Shown here piece after piece: positions 29,841 to 37,288 of a stretch of DNA of 64,000 nt (its first letter is position 1; each line of letters starts with the position of its first letter). The stretch is from sequence record MZ779063.1; one strand, given 5' to 3'. Under the pieces are notes generated by a model that saw nothing but the letters and a program-made list of their open reading frames with translations, did not search any database and was not told the DNA's origin. Made by a program: the position numbers and the translations under genes.

Positions 29841-30659
29841 ATGAAAAATAATACAAAATATTTTATAGATAAAAAAAGAGATGAATTAATTGAAATTGAT
29901 AAAGAATATCTTAATCGATATGAGTATATTGCACACGTATTAACTGTCATTGATATGAATAAGCTTTTATATATTGAAGATCATGCTAGATCCTTTATAA
30001 ATGGTATTAATATTGAAGAAAATGATGTGGGAAATGGATTGACTTTTAATAATATAGAAATTCATAATAATATCCATTTCAAAAATATAAATAGTAAAAA
30101 TAATGCGTATAAAAATTTTAATACCGATTTTTATATAAACTTCTTTATTGATAGAATGGATAAAGTTAAAACTCAGAATTTTAAGTTAAAATTTAATTTT
30201 TATAATTCAATATATAAAGAATATTTTAATAAAATTACCAATAATTTATTAAATGAAGATAATTTAGTCAATGAAGGAGTAAATAAAGAAATAAGATCTC
30301 TTATGAATTTTGAATTATTTAAAAAAGAGTTATATAATACTAAATACAATAATAGTGAATATTTAAATCTTTTTGAAAATTCATCATATATGAAGGACAA
30401 TGTTATTGGATTTATAAATAAATTTGAAGGATTATTTTCTAGTGTAATATACCAAAATAACCTTAGTGTATTAATGACTCTTTATGAAATAAAATACATG
30501 TATGAAGATGACATAGATTTTTATATTAATTTTTATAATGAAAATTATGGTTTAGTTAATATATTAGAATTAATCGAAAGTGATGAAAATGATTTATTTA
30601 AAGAAATTAAAACAGAAAAAGAAATGAAAGCGTTTAAAGTTAGAAAAGGATTCAAATAA
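29841..30659 (+). CDS. tag-family paralog (29063-33880 array)
   Basis: ATG 29841 uses AAAGGA inside the upstream tag (ORF track starts at 29793); starts KYFIDKKRDELIEI; ends FKEIKTEKEMKAFKVRKGFK. Confidence 0.8.
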   Translation: MKNNTKYFIDKKRDELIEIDKEYLNRYEYIAHVLTVIDMNKLLYIEDHARSFINGINIEENDVGNGLTFNNIEIHNNIHFKNINSKNNAYKNFNTDFYINFFIDRMDKVKTQNFKLKFNFYNSIYKEYFNKITNNLLNEDNLVNEGVNKEIRSLMNFELFKKELYNTKYNNSEYLNLFENSSYMKDNVIGFINKFEGLFSSVIYQNNLSVLMTLYEIKYMYEDDIDFYINFYNENYGLVNILELIESDENDLFKEIKTEKEMKAFKVRKGFK

Positions 30660-30680
30660 TATAAAGAAAGGATTTTTGTA

Positions 30681-31421
30681 ATGGAATATAATAATTACTA
30701 TAGATATAAATTAGATGGAAAAATACTTCACTTTGATATGGATAGAACTGATTTACGTAGAGATAAATTGGCTGAAATATTTACTAAAGTTAAGATGGAA
30801 TATATTTATAAAGATAAAAAAATGATTAAAAAAGCAAGAAACTTTATTTACCGATCTAATCTTTCTTTAGAGTATTCTCATTTTAAAGATAAAGTATTTG
30901 TAATCAAACAAATTTCTAAAATGCTAAGTAAAAACAATGTAAGGGATTTATTAATTTACGATACGGATCTTAGTTTAGAATTTAATTCTATTTTAGACGG
31001 TGGTATATTTAAAAAAGATTTTCCAGAAGGATCCTTTTATGAAAAAATAGAAAGTAATATGAATAGAAAATATTTAATTTTAAGTGATAATATAAGACAC
31101 ACTAGTGAAAGTTTTGTTGATTTATATGATAAAGATTATATTTTAAATTTTGAAGAAGTAGAATTGCTAGTCAAAGAATTTAATAAAACTCTTTTAAATT
31201 ATCTTATGGATTTAATGAGTTATGGAAATCTAGAATTAAAAGTTAGAAAATCGGAGTTAGCATATTTTATGACAGGAATATATACAAAAATGGAAGAAAA
31301 CGAAGATAAGTTATTCCCTATATTTGATTATAAATTTTTACTTAATGAATCTGGATTATTTGAAGAGATTACAGATGAGAAAGTTATTAAAGAATATTTA
31401 GTGAAAAATAATTTTAAATAA
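30681..31421 (+). CDS. tag-family paralog (29063-33880 array)
   Basis: Starts YYRYKLDGKILHF; ends FEEITDEKVIKEYLVKNNFK. Confidence 0.8.
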   Translation: MEYNNYYRYKLDGKILHFDMDRTDLRRDKLAEIFTKVKMEYIYKDKKMIKKARNFIYRSNLSLEYSHFKDKVFVIKQISKMLSKNNVRDLLIYDTDLSLEFNSILDGGIFKKDFPEGSFYEKIESNMNRKYLILSDNIRHTSESFVDLYDKDYILNFEEVELLVKEFNKTLLNYLMDLMSYGNLELKVRKSELAYFMTGIYTKMEENEDKLFPIFDYKFLLNESGLFEEITDEKVIKEYLVKNNFK

Positions 31422-31437
31422 AAAGGAGATCAATGTA

Positions 31438-32220
31438 ATGAGTATAAATAAAAGTCATAAAAAATATTTTTTGAGTAAAATGACAGATGATTTATTTGAA
31501 GTTACTAACTTATACAGATATAATATAAATGAAGATTATTTATATCTACCTCAATTACTTTCTAATTTACAAGTAAAAAGTAATGAAGAAATAAATATAC
31601 TTTCTGAAGAGATTGTTGGTAAAGATGATAATGGAGAGAATTTATGGTCAGGAACTATATCAGCTGGATATATTTTTCCAGTTATCAAATATAATGTTAA
31701 TAATAAAAAGACAACGAATATACTTATTATTGATTTTGATATTATTTTCAACGAATCAATAGAAAATGAAAACTATTTAAAAGTTAGAATTGAAAATCCA
31801 TACTCTTCAGGTATAAATTCAATAATTTTTAATAGCGTTATTGGCAATATATTAGATGAATCCAATTCTTTAAAAGTGCCTTTTAGATTTCATATAAATA
31901 GCATGGAAGATTTAATATCAGATTTTAATAATGGTACAGAAAATAATTTTAGAAATAATAAAGATTTATACCAAATATTAGTTGAAGTAAATAGTTCTAT
32001 ATTGGAACTTTTATCACAAATTAGAGATCATTTTGATATAGAATTCTTTGTATCAGATTCTTGTTTCTCGCATATACCGGAGAATGATAAAAGAGATAAT
32101 GATGATATAGATGATAGATACTATAATTTATTTGACGAATATAAAATATCTGGAGTATTTGAAGAGATTATGGATGAAAAGATTATTAAAAAATATTTAG
32201 TGAAAAATAATTTTAAATAG
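31438..32220 (+). CDS. tag-family paralog (29063-33880 array)
   Basis: Starts KKYFLSKMTDDLFEV; contains LSQIRDHFDIEF; ends FEEIMDEKIIKKYLVKNNFK. Confidence 0.8.
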   Translation: MSINKSHKKYFLSKMTDDLFEVTNLYRYNINEDYLYLPQLLSNLQVKSNEEINILSEEIVGKDDNGENLWSGTISAGYIFPVIKYNVNNKKTTNILIIDFDIIFNESIENENYLKVRIENPYSSGINSIIFNSVIGNILDESNSLKVPFRFHINSMEDLISDFNNGTENNFRNNKDLYQILVEVNSSILELLSQIRDHFDIEFFVSDSCFSHIPENDKRDNDDIDDRYYNLFDEYKISGVFEEIMDEKIIKKYLVKNNFK

Positions 32221-32235
32221 AAGGAGATCAATATA

Positions 32236-33030
32236 ATGGGTGTAATTAAAAGTGATAAAAAATATTTCTTATGTAAAATAAATGATGAATTATTTGAAGT
32301 TGATAAAAATCATAGAGATTCATTTTTATATGACTATTTACCTTTAATAATAGCTGAAAAAATAATTAATTCGACTGAAAAAGATTCATATGAAACTAGA
32401 GCAATGGATGTTTATTATAAAAAAGAAGATAATGTAATTGAAGGTAATTTAAAATTTTTAGCAAGATGTTTACTTCCTGTCCTGTATAATTTCAATAATA
32501 AAAATTCATTTAAAACCGTTATGACTCTCGCAAATTTTAAATTTAAAAGGGATGCTAATAAATCTACTTTTAGTATAGATAAAAATAGTGTTAATGATAA
32601 AATACTATTTCAAATGAGACCTTTAGGAAATGAAATTGATGATATTTTATTTAATAGTATTATAAGTGACCTTTTGAACGAAGATGACGAAATAGAAATG
32701 AAACAAATGTTATTAGTTGGTAATTTTGAAAAATTATTAAACGAAATTGATAGTCAAAATATAAAACATCATGATGATTTTAAAATTTTAATCAAAGATA
32801 TATTCAATATTTATCTTAATTTATTAAAATCCTTAAGACATCATCTTAATATTGAATTTTTCTTTTCTGAATCTTCTTTTCTAGACACGTTAAATGTTTA
32901 TAATTTTGATATTATTAATAAAGATAGTTATAAAATAAATATTTTTGAAGATGATTTAGATGGAATATTTGAAGAAATTACCGATGAAAAATTTGTTAGA
33001 GAATATTTAGTGAAAAATAATTTTAAATAA
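32236..33030 (+). CDS. tag-family paralog (29063-33880 array)
   Basis: Starts KKYFLCKINDELFEV; contains LKSLRHHLNIEF; ends FEEITDEKFVREYLVKNNFK. Confidence 0.8.
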   Translation: MGVIKSDKKYFLCKINDELFEVDKNHRDSFLYDYLPLIIAEKIINSTEKDSYETRAMDVYYKKEDNVIEGNLKFLARCLLPVLYNFNNKNSFKTVMTLANFKFKRDANKSTFSIDKNSVNDKILFQMRPLGNEIDDILFNSIISDLLNEDDEIEMKQMLLVGNFEKLLNEIDSQNIKHHDDFKILIKDIFNIYLNLLKSLRHHLNIEFFFSESSFLDTLNVYNFDIINKDSYKINIFEDDLDGIFEEITDEKFVREYLVKNNFK

Positions 33031-33043
33031 AGGAGTTAATATA

Positions 33044-33880
33044 ATGAGTGATGTATATTATGAATATAAATTGAGAAATAAAATATTTAAGTTTAATGAT
33101 GAAATTGAAGATTTAAGCGATACCGGTATTAAGAACTTTATAACATATGAAAATAATATTTTAAGCAATTTATTGACAAATATATTAATTGATCATACTG
33201 TCTATGGTTTTATACCGAATATATCCTATGAAGAAAATAAAAATGATGGTGTTGATAAAGAATATGTAAAAAAGGTAAATTTAAGTATTTTAAAACATTT
33301 ACCCTTAGTATCATACAGTGTAGGTAATTCAAATATATTAAATGATTTTTCTTTAAATGTCAATTCTGTTGTTGATATTTATAAAAAAGGAAATTTCGAA
33401 GATGAAGAAGGCAATAAAATGATTATACCTAAAGAAAATTTTAAATTGGAGACAAATATAAATATTGATAATTTAGGTGGAAAAATCGATCATGAATTAT
33501 TTAATAAAATATGTGGAGATATTTTTGATCAAGACGAGAATTTTTTATTTTATAAAATGTATGATCATATATTAGAGGAAAATTCTATGTCACTATATGA
33601 GAATATAGGAAATATAAATAATAAATTGGTTTATGAAATTATACTCCGTTTAAATAATAATATTTTATCATTATTTGAAAAAATCAGAAGTCATTTAGAC
33701 GTGAGATTTTATTTAAGAGATAAAGACTTTTATCTTTTCAGTAATGGAGAAATAGACAAAGATTCATTAAGTGACGAATATATTGAAATATCTGAATTTT
33801 TAGGAAAATCATCTTTATTTAAAAAGATTACAGATGAGAAGATTATTAAAAATTATGAAATAAAAGAAAACTTCAAATAA
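33044..33880 (+). CDS. tag-family paralog (29063-33880 array)
   Basis: Starts YYEYKLRNKIFKF; contains FEKIRSHLDVRF; ends FKKITDEKIIKNYEIKENFK. Confidence 0.8.
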   Translation: MSDVYYEYKLRNKIFKFNDEIEDLSDTGIKNFITYENNILSNLLTNILIDHTVYGFIPNISYEENKNDGVDKEYVKKVNLSILKHLPLVSYSVGNSNILNDFSLNVNSVVDIYKKGNFEDEEGNKMIIPKENFKLETNINIDNLGGKIDHELFNKICGDIFDQDENFLFYKMYDHILEENSMSLYENIGNINNKLVYEIILRLNNNILSLFEKIRSHLDVRFYLRDKDFYLFSNGEIDKDSLSDEYIEISEFLGKSSLFKKITDEKIIKNYEIKENFK

Positions 33881-33936
33881 AATTAAAAATTTATAGTAAC
33901 GGAAATATATTTATCAATAGGAGTTGAAACTGGATA

Positions 33937-36672
33937 ATGAAGATTAAAAGATTAAAGTTAAAGAATTTTATCGGTATTTATGCTGGTATGGGATTAAAAG
34001 AAGTTGAAATTGATTTTAGTAAAAGTAAAAATAATATGATTATGCTTCTTGGAGATAACGCTTCAGGTAAGACGACAGTTATGTCTAATCTTAATCCATA
34101 TAGAGAAACTAATGATCAACGTAAAACTATAGTATTAGAAGATGAAAAAGGTATAAAAGAGATTGATTATATTAAGGGTAATGATGTTTATGAAATTAAA
34201 CATCATTATGGTAAAAACAGTTCTCAAAATAAATCATTCATTAAGAAAAATGGTGAAGAACTTAATGAAAATGGTGGTATTAAATTATTCAATGAAATAG
34301 TAGATAAAGAATTAGGTGTATCTAAAGAATACTTTACTGTAGGTCGTTTAGGTGATAACGTATCAAACTTCATTGACTATACTACAGGTGATCGTAAATC
34401 ATATATCAATAAATTTGTACCTAATATTGATAGATACTTAGAAGCTTATAAAGTAGCTAATGAGAAATTAAAAATTATTACTAAAGATTTAAAATCACTT
34501 AGATTTGATTTAGACAAATATAAAGAATTTGATGAAATCAAAAAAGAAAAAGAGAATTTAGAAACTTTAATTGATCAATTACAAAATGAACTTGATGAAG
34601 CTAATAAAGATAAAACAACTCATGAAACTAAAATGAATTCTATCATGGAAGATAAGTACAAAGAGATTCATCCAACTGAATATAAAAATCAATTAATTAA
34701 TGAAATTAATGAACTTAATCAAGAATTAGAAAAAGAAAGAAAGTTAAAAGAAGATAATGAGAATTTAAATAAATATACTATTGAATCCGCTAATGAGAAA
34801 AAAGATAAAATAGATACTATATTAAATAATACTAATAATGAGTTGACTTCTGTTGAGAAAGATAAAGAGAATAATCAAGATAAATTAGATGATTTAATCA
34901 GTAGAAAATCTAAAATAGAATCTCGTATGAATGCTATCAAATTTAATGAAGATTATGATGCTTCTGATGAAATTGATTCAATTCTTGAAGGATATAAAGA
35001 AGATTTAGAAGGTATTAAAGATGATGTAGATATTTCTAGAGGGTCTTTTGTAAGTGAATTCGGTTTACAAATTAAAGATAATATTAAAGAGGATTCATTA
35101 AGATTATATGTAAATGATTTAATTTCTAAGGTAGATAATTTTAAAGAATTTATTAATGATAATGAATTTAAATATGGTTCTATTCGTGGAGATTTTGAAA
35201 GTGAAATTAAAGATAATAATGAAAAAATTTCTATGAACCAGAATGAATTTAATGAAATTAATACTAAGCTTAATCAAATTAAAGGTAAATCAGACTTATT
35301 AAAAATATTAGATCAAAAAGATCATGAACACTATAATGAATGTGTATTTGTTCCTTTAGTAGCTGACTTTAAAGATAATGAATTTGATTCAATTTCTGAA
35401 TTAGAAAATAAAGGTAATCAACTTTATAAAGATAATCAAGAATTAGAAAAAGATAATAGATTATTATCTAATCATATTGATTTATTACGTAAATTTAATG
35501 ACATACTTAATAGCAGAAATGGTTTAATTGAATATATTGGTTTTGAAATGATTGATATTGATAGTATTGAAGAAATATTTACTAATGGTAATACATTCTC
35601 TAGTGAACTAAATAGACTTAATTCATTAATTGAAAAGACAAATGAAATTCGTACTAATGAAACTAATAGAGATAAATTGACTATTGAATTAGAGAGAAAA
35701 GAAAATGCTCTTAAAGAAGATTATTCTAATAAGAAAATATTAGATCAATATAAAGAAGATAAAGAAGATTTAGTTAAACAAATTGAAGAAATTAAAAATA
35801 AAAATAATGAAATTTCTGAGAATCTTAATTATCTTAATGGTCGTAAAGAAAAAGCAATTACTAACTTAAATATTATTAATGAATTTATTAATCTAACAGA
35901 GAGATCTGAAGAAATTAAATTAAAAATGAAAGATAAAAATGATATAGTTGATGACATTGATAAGGATCTTTCAAAATTAAGTAATTTATATGAACTTAAT
36001 CAAAAAGCAGACAATAAGATTCAATCTATTAAAGATAATTTAACTATGAAGAAAAATGATTTAGAATCTACTAAAGAAAAATACTTTGCAGTTAATTCTA
36101 TTATTACTAAGATTGATGAAATTGAATCAGTGTTATGGAAATATAATATGGTGGTAGACTCATTAAATCCTAAGAAAGACTCTATACCATTAATATTCAT
36201 TACTAATTATCTTAAAGATATTGCAGTAAGTACTAATGAATTACTTTCAGTTGCTTATAATAATTCATTTAAAATTGACTTTGACTTAACAGATAAAGAT
36301 TTCTTTATTAATGTGTATAAAGGTAATGGAACTGAACTTAAGGATATTAAAGAAGCTTCTCAAGGAGAAACAGCTTTAACTAATATTAGTTTATCATTAT
36401 CATTATTAAACAAAGTATCTCAAGATTATAATATTCTATACTTAGATGAAATGGATTCAACATTAGATTCTAATAATAGAAGAAGATTTGTTGATGTGAT
36501 TGACAGACAAATTGAATTAATGGGTCTAGAGCAAGTATTCTTAATTAGTCATAATGATGAATTTTATAGTGCTAATATTGACTTAATTTTACTTAAAGGA
36601 TATGAAAGTAAAATTGACATTAATAATGAAGAAATGATGCAAGGTAAAAATGTATTATTTAAAGTAAACTAA
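33937..36672 (+). CDS. sbcC: SbcC/Rad50/T4 gp46-like SMC ATPase (recombination nuclease subunit)
   Basis: GDNASGKTT Walker A, long coiled coil, ASQGE signature, LYLDEMDS Walker B, LISH H-loop. Confidence 0.9.
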   Translation: MKIKRLKLKNFIGIYAGMGLKEVEIDFSKSKNNMIMLLGDNASGKTTVMSNLNPYRETNDQRKTIVLEDEKGIKEIDYIKGNDVYEIKHHYGKNSSQNKSFIKKNGEELNENGGIKLFNEIVDKELGVSKEYFTVGRLGDNVSNFIDYTTGDRKSYINKFVPNIDRYLEAYKVANEKLKIITKDLKSLRFDLDKYKEFDEIKKEKENLETLIDQLQNELDEANKDKTTHETKMNSIMEDKYKEIHPTEYKNQLINEINELNQELEKERKLKEDNENLNKYTIESANEKKDKIDTILNNTNNELTSVEKDKENNQDKLDDLISRKSKIESRMNAIKFNEDYDASDEIDSILEGYKEDLEGIKDDVDISRGSFVSEFGLQIKDNIKEDSLRLYVNDLISKVDNFKEFINDNEFKYGSIRGDFESEIKDNNEKISMNQNEFNEINTKLNQIKGKSDLLKILDQKDHEHYNECVFVPLVADFKDNEFDSISELENKGNQLYKDNQELEKDNRLLSNHIDLLRKFNDILNSRNGLIEYIGFEMIDIDSIEEIFTNGNTFSSELNRLNSLIEKTNEIRTNETNRDKLTIELERKENALKEDYSNKKILDQYKEDKEDLVKQIEEIKNKNNEISENLNYLNGRKEKAITNLNIINEFINLTERSEEIKLKMKDKNDIVDDIDKDLSKLSNLYELNQKADNKIQSIKDNLTMKKNDLESTKEKYFAVNSIITKIDEIESVLWKYNMVVDSLNPKKDSIPLIFITNYLKDIAVSTNELLSVAYNNSFKIDFDLTDKDFFINVYKGNGTELKDIKEASQGETALTNISLSLSLLNKVSQDYNILYLDEMDSTLDSNNRRRFVDVIDRQIELMGLEQVFLISHNDEFYSANIDLILLKGYESKIDINNEEMMQGKNVLFKVN

Positions 36673-36708
36673 AATCTGTTATTAAAAATTTGAGAGGAGT
36701 AACTCTAT

Positions 36709-36996
36709 TTGATTCTTAATGTTAATAAGACTTTAGATGCTAAATTGGAAAAAGAAATGTATGATGATATTAGAACTGCATTCATTGATAGTACGTTAAC
36801 ACCAATCCGTTATAAAAAATTAGAAGATTTATGTGAAATCCATAATAAAGATATAAAACTTTATTATAACCATGATATGATAGAATCTAAAGAATTAAGA
36901 AAAAGTTTGATTAGATTTTATAAAGAAAATAATTTAGATGAAGACGAATTCATTATAAAGATTAAAAAAGAAGTTATTAAAGATACATTTAAATAG
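36709..36996 (+). CDS. small hypothetical protein, C-terminal tag family
   Basis: GAGGAG RBS with TTG start; ends KKEVIKDTFK. Confidence 0.75.
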   Translation: MILNVNKTLDAKLEKEMYDDIRTAFIDSTLTPIRYKKLEDLCEIHNKDIKLYYNHDMIESKELRKSLIRFYKENNLDEDEFIIKIKKEVIKDTFK

Positions 36997-37012
36997 AAAA
37001 GGACGGTTTTAT

Positions 37013-37165
37013 ATGGATAAAAAGAAATTATGGATATTGACAGGTATAACTTTTTTAACATCTCTCACAGTAAATTTCATTATTTTATATTATAAAGATA
37101 AATATAAAATGGATGATATTGATACAGCAGAAGATCCATTTATGAAAGGTCCATTATTTATATAA
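37013..37165 (+). CDS. 50-aa single-pass membrane protein not in the ORF track
   Basis: AAAGGA RBS; MDKKKLWILTGITFLTSLTVNFIILYYKDKYKMDDIDTAEDPFMKGPLFI; terminator follows. Confidence 0.65.
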   Translation: MDKKKLWILTGITFLTSLTVNFIILYYKDKYKMDDIDTAEDPFMKGPLFI

Positions 37166-37174
37166 TTTAAATAT

Positions 37175-37212
37175 TGCCAAACATTCTTTAAATAGAGTGT
37201 TTGGCATTTTAT
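37175..37212 (+). terminator. intrinsic terminator
   Basis: TGCCAAACATTCT/AGAGTGTTTGGCA stem (one G-U) plus T tract. Confidence 0.75.
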
Positions 37213-37288
37213 ATTTTAATTTTTTATGAAATCTAAGTAACGATTAAATTATCAAAGTAGCAATTGAATTGAGGAGTGTTCAAAGATA

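Noticed and set aside
21815-33880. The tag as a purely DNA-level repeat, recombination site or attC-like integron cassette end
   Set aside because: Synonymous codons and stop codons vary while the amino acids are kept, and there is no palindromic attC structure or integrase. A contribution to homologous shuffling is not excluded.
37013-37165. The membrane microprotein as the holin
   Set aside because: It is a single short helix in an early/middle + strand context, 16 kb from the lysins, with no late promoter. The support is insufficient.
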